Assembly: GCA_002104905.1 (NCBI GenBank)
Contig: MCFE01000259.1
Coordinates: 1-64,000, forward strand
Direction: 5' to 3'
Length of the DNA stretch: 64,000 nucleotides
From: Basidiobolus meristosporus CBS 931.73
Taxonomy: Eukaryota > Fungi > Basidiobolomycota
Shown here: piece after piece, positions 1 to 11,292 of the stretch
Numbering within the stretch: the first letter of the stretch is position 1
How the letters are laid out: each line of letters opens with the position of its first letter
Notes under the pieces: model-generated
What the model was told of the DNA's origin: nothing
The model's input: only the letters and a program-made list of their open reading frames with translations
Database searches by the model: none
Made by a program: the position numbers and the translations under genes

Positions 1-510
1 GCAGCTGCACAATGTCAACAACCTGTTCGAACGGCAGATCCTGGTGATTCTGAGCATCAAGAGACGTCTTTTGCACTCTTTCAAGAAGCTGGCGCATTGT
101 TGGGCTTCCTGTTAGGTCAATTCGTAGTGCTAGTGTGTTGACAAAGAATCCAATCAGGTGATTGCGGTTGGCCGAGGGTGATCCAATGATAATGTCATCC
201 TGTCCTGACATCCGCGACAGAACACAACTCCAAGCAGTGAGGATGGTCATGTACAATGTCACTCCAAGCTTTTGACACAGCTGTTTGAGTTCTCGTGTAA
301 GATGTGAATCCAGATGGACGGATACACTATCCCCTGCAAATGACTGCTGAGGCGGTCACGGTTGGTTCGTAGGTTGAGGAGGATATGAGCATTTGCCATG
401 ACTGTCTTCCAGTATGTTGTGTGAGTCTTAAGCTGATTTCCACTAAGCCACTGCTTCTGCTACGCAGCGTAGTCAGGATACTGAACAGTCACAGGAGGTA
501 GTGGATCATG
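1..510 (-). pseudogene. NRPS condensation-domain fragment (bacterial-like), disrupted; runs off the left edge
   Basis: Manual minus-strand translation: DPLPPVTVQYPDYAA*QKQWLSGNQLKTHTTYWK.. / frameshift near 355 / ..[82 protein letters not shown]. These are typical C-terminal-half C-domain motifs. In-frame TAG at 460-462 where W is expected. Not in the ORF track. Confidence 0.9.
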
Positions 511-807
511 GGCAACAATGAAAACATGATTGTTTTTGCCAATATGTACTGTTAGTGTAGTAATAACATTGAGGTATCTAATAAGGTTGATTGCGTCTCA
601 AATGAACTGCTCCTTGAGTTATATACGTGCAACGCACTCTTGGGATGATTCATTCTACATTTTATGACTCACCAATATTTTGAAACTAATAAAGTTTGCA
701 ATATGCAATAAGTAGCATATCATCTTCATCACCGCTTCAACTTATTACTGTTAACTTTACTTTGATTTCAACTCCTACACCTACACCTACTCTATATCCA
801 AATATCT

Positions 808-2387
808 TTGATGAATATTCCTCCTGATAAGATCCCTAACCCACTGCCAACATCTCGACCCAGGGGATGGTACTGGCAAACAGAACCAAGCAAAACTGTC
901 CTATCTGTATTTGAATCCAACAAATCTAGGGCAATATGTCCTAAATGCTGCCTACATCTTGGATTTACAAAGGACTCCAATGGTAGTGGCAATGCTACCT
1001 ATGGATGTTTCAAGTGTAAAGGTTGCGCTACTAAGTTTAAGGCCAAGATCTTTTGGACAGAGTGCATGCATTTACCTGCAGACAAACTGCCTTTGAGTAT
1101 ACCTGATCCTACAATTACTCCACCTGCGCAGTCCAGTACACTCAGCAACCTCTCCTTATTCTTTGGAAAGGCTACCGAATGTAAGCATGTCATTGGATAA
1201 TGAAGACCAAGGCTGCCCTACCTCACCTGTGCCCTCTCATAGCAGTATGGACACTACTGTCAATCTTCCGGTGTACTAATCCTCACTGGAGCACTTGGAT
1301 GGTGCTGCTAGCCTGTCACCCTGCTCAACAACACAAACATGCTCATCTCTAAGACTCCAAGCCCTCAAGAAACGTAGAAGATCTTGCTCACCCCAGCAGA
1401 GATTGAGAAATGCCACTGGTTGCTCACCATTTGCCAGGGCCAAAATCAGATACCTGGAGAATGCTGTTAAGGCCATGAAGACTACAATGGCCCACTATGC
1501 ACAAAAGGTTGACAGACTCACCATGCTGATGGAAAACTTTCTCAGCACTCAAAGCAACTCAAGCAACACACAACCAAGCCAACCCAATAAAGCTCCAGTT
1601 GCAAATGCACCTGTGCAAGTACTAGCAGACCCTTCTTCAAGCAGTATAACATCTATTGCTTCCCCTTCAGCTGTTGTGCAACCCCAGCCCCTCTCAGCTA
1701 CTCCCCATTCCTCTTCAGTGTCCAGCCCAAAGCCTACCTTTGCTGAAATAGCAAAGAGACATGCAAAGACTGGTACAAAGGAGGAGGTAGACAGAATGAT
1801 TGCAGCTATGAGGAAGTGTGTTGGAGCTAAGCCTCCCTATACCAGTACTCAGGCTGAGGCAAACCACAAGGTGTGTAGAGTATACCTCCAAGGTATCAGG
1901 AACCAGCCAATTAGGGAAGTCAAGTCTTTGGTCTTTGACCTTAGATTTCAGTTGTCTAAGATTTGGAGTATTGACTTCATTGGCAAAAACACAGTGGAGT
2001 TCACATTATCAGCTACATATGTGCACTCTTTTGTGTCTAAAGTAAAGATATTCCCATTCTTGACTTTACATCCAAAGGTGAATCCTATCAAGCCCTTGGA
2101 CCAGAATGCTTCACCTAATGTTGCAGCACAAGTAAAGGCTGCATACACTAGGAGAATCAGTAAATTCCTACTGCCTCTCAAGGAACCCCCTGTATAAGTC
2201 CTACTTGGCTGACTTGGCCAAAGAATGTGGTATTGCCCTGGTATGTGAGGAGCCTGCAAGTAACATCTCTGCTACTAAATGTCCCCCAAACCCAGATGAG
2301 ATAGTCATAGAAGAGCCTATGCTAGGCATTAACACCACTTCTGCCTCAGCTAGTACCTCCAAGTGTGCTCCCCAGAAATGCCAATGA
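808..2387 (+). pseudogene. ORF1 of LINE A (N-terminal Cys-rich ribbon, TFAEIAK motif, RRM-like C-terminal region), broken into 808-1200, 1295-2197, 2205-2387
   Basis: Consecutive ORF pieces can be joined by a frameshift near 1180, an in-frame TAA near 1277 and a frameshift near 2195. CPKC..CFKCKGC at the N-terminus. Position directly upstream of ORF2. Confidence 0.7.
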
Positions 2388-5380
2388 CTAATTGCTCTTC
2401 TATGAAAATTGGTTTCTGGAATTGCCAGGGTCTAAGTATTCACAAATGGACACAAGTATTGGACTTAATCAACAAGCCTTTTGATTTGTTATTTCTTGCT
2501 GAAACCTGGTTTGTAGACCAGGCTTTACATACATCTCACCCCTCATATCTCACTACTTCTAAAAGAACCTACCCTAAACCTAAGACAGGCCATGAGAAGG
2601 CTGGCCTCCTCTGCTTAATATCACCAAACTTGAGACCTTATGTGTCAAAGGTTGTCTCCACAGATCATACTCTCTCTATCACTTTGCTCTCTACCACTAT
2701 GATGGCTGTTTACTTTCCTCCAAGTATGACATGCACCACAGTGGCCTCATATCTGCCACTTCAGGCTCCAGCCCTGCTACTTGGTGACATCAACACTCAC
2801 TTTGGTAGCAACTTTGGCTTCTCAAGAATTGGTCCAAAATCCAGAATTGACCTTTTTGAGAGCTTTACCTTGAAGCTAGGACTTGATCATCTTGTCCCTA
2901 ACCCATCAGGAAACACACCAGACCATGCCTTTGTTAGGTATGACCACACTGCCCAATGGACCTGCTGCCATGATCTTGCCAAAAATCTCTCAGACCACCT
3001 CTTTATGATGGCTGAGCTCAGCTTCTTTGATGCCAAGCAACTCACTTTTCCAGTCCATCTTTCTGACTCTTCAAAGTTTTATCTATATGGAATAGATAAG
3101 CAAGTAACTCAGAGCCTCTTGAACTCTGCATATTCACAACATTCCACCTCTCTTCTCAGTGTGAAAGCACACCTTGCCTCTTTGTCCTCTGATATGCCTA
3201 TCAGAAGACTCTCTGCAGCTGTGGATGCTGCATTCACTATGTTCTACTCTCTTCTAATCTCAATATGTGAAACCTGCCTTGGGAGCTACTCTGTTCAGGC
3301 AGCTAAGTCCAGACCAAACAGAGGTGCTAGTAATGTGCTCAATCAGCTCAACAACACCTCTGCTGCCAGCAAAGCTTCATTACTTTTCAAGCAAGCTCTG
3401 AAGTTCTGTAATGTGGATACTGCCATAAGCTCAAGGGATCCAAGTGTCTCTGCTTTGGATGATGCCTCCCTTTATTTTCAAGAAGTCTTTGCTACCCCTG
3501 CTGTTGAACTCCTGCTGCATGGTCATGCACCTGGTTTTGGCACTCCCTTTACAGACTCAACAGCTGAGACTTGAGTGGTTCTCCACAAAGACTCTTCACA
3601 AGATAATCAGAAAATATCCTGCTTCAAAATCTTCAGGAATGGACCCATTACATATCAGGATTATTAAGGTCCTGGCATGCAACTCAAGCTTTCTAGATGA
3701 TCTGAAGATTCTTCTTTCAGAAATTTCTCATTCTGGGATGTACTCCTACCCAGTGGAACATATCTCATATTCATCCAATTCCAAAGAAACTAGAGTCTTC
3801 TACAATTGATGGCTTTAGACCAGTGGCCTTAGACCTGCATGCTCAGAAGATTATTTGAAGCAAGCTTACTTAAATACATCCACTCTACAGATGTATCTAG
3901 ATTTCACCCTTCACAAGCAGGCTTCAGAAAAGGCTTTTCAACAGTAACCCATTCTGTTGTTTCCCATGATGGATTTTTCCTGGCTGAAGACTACAAGAGG
4001 CCTCACAGAGTCTTCATTGACCTAAAGCAAGCCTATGACAGAGTTATTGTACCAATACTCCTCAAAAAACTGGTAGTCTTGAAGGCCTCTGAGCAGCTCA
4101 TCAGACTGGTACACTCCTTATTCACCTCATGCTACTCCACAGTGAGTGTCAATCAGGTAGTGTCATCTCCCTTTCAAAGGCATAGGGGCCTCTTCCAAGG
4201 CTCTCTGCTCTCCCCATTCCTATTCAATGTTTACATTGATGACTTGGCTGAGTCCTTGAATCAGACTGACTCACTCTCCCATATTCCCTCTGCCCTGCTG
4301 TTTGCAGATGACATAATGCTCCTTCCAAAGGATAGAGAACATGCCAATCACATGCTGGAATGTCTTAGTGTTTGGTGCCACAACAATGGTATGCAGGTGA
4401 ATGTTGCAAAATCTGCTTATGTTGGTCCCTCAGCACAATGGAGTCTTTGCTTAGATGGAGTAGCACTTCCTGCTCCCAGTTATTACAACTATCTAGGCCT
4501 ACCTGTATGTAGCACTGGTGTTGATTGGCAACTTTATGTTGACAAATGTATATCAAAAGCTCTTGCACTACTGAGAACTTTGCAGGCAAAAGGTTCAAGA
4601 TGGCCCCCCCTTGTTAGACTGCAATTATTCAAATCCTTCCTAAGATCTTGCTGGGAGTACTCTGCCCCAATGATGCACTTCACTCTCAGCCCTGATATCT
4701 TGCACAGAATTGAACTAGTACAAAGGGAAAGCTTAGGCTGGGTAGTAAGTTCTTCTTTGTATCATACTAAACAGTACCATAGATTGATTCAAAGCTTGAC
4801 TGGCATTGAATCAGTATCCCAGAGATTTGAGACTTTAAGTATCAGGTTTGGCCAGCACTTTGCAAAGTCTAGCCCTGACAACCCATTGAGGGCTTTGGTA
4901 GATGCCATTGTAGGAAGAAGAATAGACACTACTCCAAACTCTTTAATCAAAAAAGGAGTACATTGCCCAGCTGGCTACAAACAATATGTACTAGCCAACA
5001 GCAGTGCACCTCCTGGTGGACAGATTCCCCTTTGGGTTGCAATGCATCAAAGGAGACTTCAGAATATATCACAAGTTACTACATCAAGGGATAGAATTAG
5101 GCTTATCAGAAAAGACAGTAGACACACACATAGTGGTGCTGATGTGTCATTGTACCTGAAGAGCACCTTCTATTCCCTCCAGGCTATAAGATGGAGGATG
5201 AATACCATATGTCTGGGCTCCAAGTGCCCAATCTGCAAGCAGCCCTTCTACTATACTCATGCTGAAAGATGCTTTGAATTCAAGGATACTGATGCACTCT
5301 TCCAGTTTCATACTCAGAGAGCTTTGGTCAGAAGACTAAATTGCATAATAGCTGCAATTAGACCTGAGCTTCTGCCTTGA
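2384..5380 (+). pseudogene. ORF2 of LINE A: apurinic-like endonuclease + reverse transcriptase + C-terminal CCHC-type motif; at least 3 frameshifts
   Basis: GFWNCQG, LAETW, LLGDIN, PDHAF, SDH (EEP domain); FRPVAL, FIDLKQAYD, QGSLLSPFLF, LFADDI, YLG (RT); CPICKQPFYYTHAERC at the C-terminus. Frameshifts near 3560, 3730 and 3832. Confidence 0.92.
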
Positions 5381-5584
5381 AATATCTGTACCACTAACAC
5401 AAATGATTACCAGCTACTATGAGATTACCTTAGCCCTTTCATGTTCAAACCACTTTGACATAATTTTCACACTCTGAACACTCCCAGCTATCCCTCTTGC
5501 TTACACAGGCTTCACATCAGCTAGTATTGGCTCCTTTAGCATGTATCTTCCATTACAATACTCATTATCCCAATAAAGCACTAG

Positions 5585-5613
5585 AACCCTAACCCTAACC
5601 CTAACCCTACCCT
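5585..5613 (-). repeat. Interstitial telomere-type repeat: (AACCCT)4 + ACCCT, i.e. TTAGGG on the minus strand
   Basis: Read directly: aaccct aaccct aaccct aaccct accct, exactly between the 3' end of LINE A and the truncated 5' end of LINE B. Confidence 0.95.
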
Positions 5614-8178
5614 CCTCAGCTCTGTGTTCCTCTTTACTCCCCTTACTGTGCTGCTCTCCAGTTGCCAACTATCAGTCTGGTGCTCTGCTATCTGCCTCCA
5701 AGTCTTGCCCTTCAGGAAGTGCAAGTTATATGCCAGAAAGTTCAGCAATACCAGCAATCTATATCAACACCTGTTATCTTGCTTGGAGATCTCAACATTC
5801 CCCATCCTGAGAACAAGACTACTCTGACTGCAAGAATGAAGCCAAGGTCTACATTCCTACTGAACTTCCTGAGAGAAAGCCATCTGCTAGCACTAGGTGC
5901 TCAATCTGAGAAAAGATGTGTTGACTGGATCTGCCCTTCTGCTGCTGCCCTCTACTTTGTGAATGAAGTCAAGCAATTCTCTGCAGCTGAGCTAGGATCC
6001 TTGAGAGCCTCTGACCACCCAGCCTGGTCCCTTTCTATGCAACCAGTTGTGAAGAAGAAGCTGCCAAAACTTACTGTGCTCACCCACAAAGCTACCAAGA
6101 ATCAGAAGAAAGACTTTGGGAACTACTTGACGCTTGCCAGTTTGCTACTTTCTCTGCCAGATGATCTCAACTATGCCTGGCTCTTTGTGAAGCATCTGAT
6201 TCTGGTGTCTGCCTCCCTCTCACTGCCATGCAAGACTACTGCTGTTACCTCAAGAAAATGGGAATCCATTGTTTCAGCCCTGCAACAAAGCTACCTGAGT
6301 TTCCCTAACCCAAAAACAGAGAAACTCCTCCTGACAGCAATACACCACTCCAAGGCAATTCACCACACTCTGCATACTCAGCTCTGGGATCATATTATGA
6401 GTTCCTTGCCTCTGCAATCTTCCAACTCTATAACAAGAACAGTATCAAGACTCTACAGGGCAATGAGGCCCTCTTCCAGGAAGTTACCTTCAACAGAGCA
6501 GCTGGCTAACATCTTCTTCTCTACAAAGCAGTACTCAACTCCTGGCTTTCATCCTGACTTCAAGACTCTGCCCATTCCACTTGCACTTGATCAAAGGAGA
6601 ATCCATAATGTGCTCAAGAGGCTTCCCAACTCTACTGCTCCAGGTGTGGACACAATCTCTTATGAGCTTCTGAAGACTAGTACCAAGGCCATGTCTGCAC
6701 TTCTGCTTCCACTGTTTCAGCAATGCTCAGCCCAGCTTTCTACTCCTGAGGAATGGTCCTTTGCAAATGTTCTGCCACTGTACAAGGGTAAAGGAAAGCA
6801 CCTGGATCCTAGCTCCTACAGGCCAATATCTCTGCTGCCCACCTGCAGAAAGGTGTTTGAGCTTCTGCTTGCTCAGGAGCTCTACTCTGACTCCCTCAAG
6901 TTTCATCCTGCACAGTTTGGCTTTGTTCCTGGCCTCTCCTTGGAATATGCAGTCATACTTAGCCAAGATCACTCTCTCCAGTGCAAGTATCCCTCAGTTC
7001 TGTTTGATATTACTAAGGCCTTTGATTCAGTTGACAGAAATCTGCTTTGGTCCAAGTTGCAATGCTTCTCCAGTACCTCTCTCACCCTCCTTGTCAGGTC
7101 TCTGTTTCTGGATCCACAAGCAAGAATTCTGCACCCAAGTGAGCAATCAGCTGTGTTCTCAGTTCCTAATGGAGTGGTTCAAGGCTCTGTGCTTGGTCCT
7201 ATACTGTTTGCCATCTTCCTGAATGATTTCCCAAGACTCTCAGCTGACTGCCTGGTTACTCTCTTTGCTGATGACATCAGAATATCCTCCTCCAATGTGC
7301 AACAAGACTCCCAGACCATCCACCAGTATCTGCAGAAGAATAATCTCCAGCTTTCCATTGCAAAGACAGTACCTTTGGGCTCTCCCATCAACTGGAGAAC
7401 TCCACTCTACCTGCTCAGGTTTCTGCTACATATCTTGGCTTTCCTTTCCTTCCTACTGGACTAGACTCTGGAGCACACCTGAAGAAGAGAATTATCCTGG
7501 CAAGACAGGCACTCCACAAGCTACTGGCTGTTACTCCTCCTACAACTTCAGCTCCAGCTGCCTCCTTCTACTCAAGCAGTTTGTCTTCCCTGTCCTGGAA
7601 TTTGGCTTACCACTTCTCTCTCTTACTTCTAGAGACTGCACTAAGCTTGACAAGTTTGCAGTATGGTGCATTACCTCCTTGGTGCCTCATTTGCCTGAAT
7701 GCCCCTACAGACATGCTATTCTTGGTGCTTTTGGGTTTATGCCCTACAAGATCAGACTTCTCTACCTTAGAACCAGATTATACCTCAGACTTCACAACTG
7801 CAACAACCCACTGATTAAGGCCTGGAAGAGAACACACCACACTACACCTGACTCCTGCTGGAGAACTATACTTGGAGATCCTGAAGTCAAGAAGTTTGCT
7901 CATATATTCTGCAGTCAGAAAAACCCAAGCTGGCCTACCTGAAGTACTTGACAGACCTTTGGCAGCAATATCTGCAGCAGCACACTCCCTTTATGATGAA
8001 TATCAATCCTTATCACATTCCCCTCATTAATGTTGTTCACAAGTCATTCTTACCTCTCTTGCTACCCCCCTTCCCACTGAACAGTGTGTTGAGCACTGAA
8101 GAACTATCATCACTTCTTATTAACTTACCTACAAATTCCCCTCAGCTACACACTCTTGTATCAAAGCTACAACAGTAG
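5614..8178 (+). pseudogene. APE/RT polyprotein of LINE B, with frameshifts near 7395, 7555 and 7920
   Basis: LLGDLN, SDH, APGVD, YRPISLL, FDITKAFD, QGSVLGPILF, LFADDI, then TYLGFPF and LKQFVFPVLEFG in shifted frames. Confidence 0.88.
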
Positions 8179-8201
8179 CGCTGGCTTCTTTGTTTCAACT
8201 G

Positions 8202-8433
8202 AAATAAAGATTTCACCTGTTGGTGACTGTCTCCCCCCTAACCTCTCAGACCTGCTTACCAGGAAGATATCTCTCAGACCTAGCTTCTAGAATAACTTCA
8301 GATTAACTTGCTCTTAGATACTTGTCATAAGTAAATAAAGATTCACCACTAGGTGACTTTCCTCCCTAAACCTTTCTCCCCCTAACCTAATTTACTCCAT
8401 TTGAAATGTAGTACCCTAACTGATTTTCCCTAA
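8202..8433 (+). repeat. Duplicated 3'-UTR module AAATAAAGAT(T)-TCACC-N4-GGTGA-pyrimidine tract-CCCTAA, plus further CCCTAA hexamers
   Basis: Hairpins at 8213-8226 (loop TGTT) and 8343-8356 (loop ACTA). CCCTAA at 8236, 8364, 8380, 8414 and 8428. Confidence 0.8.
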
Positions 8434-9856
8434 CCAAACATAACAAATCCCAGTTACAGTTTATTTATCCCACCTCAGAATCTATTTTTAGCTATCACAC
8501 CTGATCTATTTTCAAATGGTCATTACATTATCAACTCTCTGCCAAGCCTTTCCAGGTGATTAGTCATCTGAGATCTATCCAACCACTGTGCAGTTGTCAA
8601 GACATCAGTTGATTGATGATGTAATTTTCATTTATCTTATGCACCTATGAACACCCAAATTGATTTCAATCAATCCAGTCCCTTGGTGCTTACTAATTCA
8701 ACTTGATCAGAAAAGTATAAATAAAGTTTACTGAACCTTTTGGTTTAGTGTGTGTCTCAACAAAATTAAGATTCTGTCTCAGCAAAAATAAGAATCCAAC
8801 AATTCCGTTCTAGTTTCTATCCAAGCCTAGTATATCTAGCATCCAAAGAACACCAAGCCTAGCCTGCCTAGCAAACAAATATCATTGTCTTTATAGCCAA
8901 CCCAGCTATATCCAAGACCAATATTAGATCAGAATCTTTCTGCTAATATTTCCGCCACTCTCTGACTAATTCTAAGATTCTGCACTTAATTGTCCCTTTG
9001 GTTCAGTTAAACTATTCAAGAGTTTTATTACACTTTCTCTTGGATACAACACCAGGATGTGTAGCTGAGAGGTAAGAGTTGTTGAAGTAAAGCTTTTACC
9101 TCATGGTAATTATCACCCCTGCTGAACCATATAAAAATATCTTGTTTAGGGAGATTATTGAATAGCATTGGCTTACTATATTCAAAGGGAGCAATATGCC
9201 AATTTCCTACTCAGTGCTTTAATAATGGTAGATTACATAAGCAAAGTGGTATTTGCTAAATCTTAATAGCTAGTAACATTGGTGAAATCTGTAGCTACAG
9301 TGGTGTAAAAACATTCTTGGAAATGTGTTATTCCTAGCATATGGTGCACCATATGTTGGGATTTTCTAAAAGATACCAGTTACTAGATTTTACCATGCTT
9401 TTGAATTGATCCACAGTTAGTAAGAAAATTCGCCATTGGTATGCAGTATGTTCGTCCAATATAAGAACTACACAGATGGTGATTGTTTGTGACACTCCTA
9501 GAATTAAATTTCTTGTTGATCTTAGGGAAAGTATTTATGTATTGTAGAAAATGGCTGGTGGTGATTAGCTCACTTGTGTTCGGGATGATTGAGATAGGAA
9601 AGCCCAATTTGTACTCTATAGGATCACGAATCAGAGGATACTTCAGCCCCATGACCCTACGGGGTACGTGACACCTTTCCAGAAGATTTCCTATTGCGAT
9701 TAAGGATTAGTATCCACTCTACCCCCTACAATTCTATCTGAAATTATCACATATATTACCTAAAGCAATCTCATCAGTGAGCTTTAGTCAGCGTATCGAA
9801 AATCAAGTTCGCGCTGTGCTTCTAACTTTCTATTATCGCAAGTAATATTTCGCATA

Positions 9857-11292
9857 ATGGCAGACATCAGTTTGGAATCAGAGCCAAGCTGTGGCGCGGA
9901 TACCAATTCAAAAGTCAAAGTATCTGTAATAGGTACTGGTTGGTTCGGAAGAGCTATGTGCAAAAGGCTTCTAGAAGCAGGGTATGACGTTTTACTAGGA
10001 ACACGAAAGAGTACTAGAGCCACAAGCTCATTCGAACTCGCGGTGGAGCCTGTAAGCTATGCTGAAGCAATTCAACAGACCAGAGTCATTATCCTCTGTT
10101 TGCCTCAACGAGCGCATCTCTCATTTATCAAGGATTACGGAACACTTCTTGCGGGGAAAATACTTATTGACGTAACTAACCCACTCCATTACCACACCGG
10201 AAACGATCTGAATGTGTCTATTGCTGAGAATTTGCAAGCGGCATTGCCCGAGGCTAAAGTTGCTAAGGCTTTTAACACTTTATCTGCCTACTCTTTGGAA
10301 AGACATACTAGAGGTACAACTCAAGAGGTGTATATATGTTCGAACGAGCCAAAAACTCTGCACATGGTAGCTGAATTAGCTCGAGAATTGGGGTAAATAT
10401 AAGAAGACCTCATGTTGATAGCTTTCCTGCTTCCCTTACTAACCCCGTATACAGCTACACTCCTGTAGACTTCGGAACTTTGGCCATGGCCCGAACAGTA
10501 GAGACTATGCCATTCACTTTCTTCGAAAATTGGAAAGTCCCCTTGATTATCTGTGGAGGAATTCATCTTTTCTTCTTCTTGTACCTGCTGATTACACGCT
10601 ATGTTATTCAGGCGACGCCGAACTACAATACTTTACCATTATTTGTAAGTAATGATATGAAATGTTTGGAGTACGAAACCTGCTTACGATGATCTAATAC
10701 TTTCACAACACACTAGGGCTTCAATAGCACTGTTGCCAATACATCATTAGGGCTATTCGCACTCTCCAATTTGGCAGGGTGCTTCGCTAATGTATTCCAT
10801 CTTATCCGTAGAAGAGCAAATCAGCCTTTTCCGCCATGGCTATCAATGTGGCTCAATTTCCGGAAGCAGCTCGGACTTCTAGGATTCGTGTATTTGGCAA
10901 TTCACATATTCATGTCCACCATGTATACACACCTATATAGACATATATCGGGTGGGATCATCACTGGAATGGCCCAGGCTGGACTCCTAGCTGCTCATAT
11001 TAGCGCATTGATATACTCTATTTTATGGATAGTATCTCTCCCCTCAGTGAACAGCCTGCTGAACTGGAGAGAGTGGAGATTTATACAATCAAAATTGGGT
11101 TGGACCGCTTTGGCGTTGGGCTATATCCACACCGTCCTCATGGTATATCCGTTTTGGAAGATGGTTAAAGACATCCCACATATTGCCATGTTGGGATCTA
11201 TCCTGCCTGGCCTAGCATTTGTCGGAAAGTTACTTGTGCTCCTGCCGCCTGTGAAGGCAAAGCTTCAGCGAATTCATAGTGGAAAGCCATAA
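9857..11292 (+). CDS. STEAP-family metalloreductase 1 (F420/NADP oxidoreductase domain + ferric-reductase transmembrane domain), 3 exons
   Basis: Exons 9857-10392, 10455-10644, 10717-11292 (433 aa). VIGTGWFGR Rossmann motif, KAFNTLSAY, FPPWL..WL..RKQLGLLGF, LNWREWRFIQSKLG, two TM histidines. Confidence 0.88.

Larger units (their letters stand above)
774..5584 (+). mobile_element. Non-LTR retrotransposon A (ORF1 + APE endonuclease/RT ORF2), near full length but frameshifted
   Basis: Two-ORF layout, EEP and RT motifs, ~200-bp 3' UTR ending AATAAA (5572-5577) just before the telomeric repeats. 5' boundary uncertain. Confidence 0.9.
5614..8435 (+). mobile_element. Non-LTR retrotransposon B, 5'-truncated within the endonuclease domain; a different family from A
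   Basis: Reading frame is open up to the repeat junction (..LYSPYCAALQLPTISLVLCYLPPSL..VILLGDLN), lacking the N-terminal EEP motifs. 3' boundary approximate. Confidence 0.88.

Noticed and set aside
830-6312. Single CCCTAA(CCC) matches inside LINE ORFs (~834, ~2896, ~6303)
   Set aside because: They encode Pro-Asn-Pro in frame; no tandem repetition.
8725-9013. Possible MITE from an imperfect 13-14 bp inverted repeat (agtttactgaacc / ggttcagttaaact)
   Set aside because: Short, gapped, no TSD and no second copy in the window.
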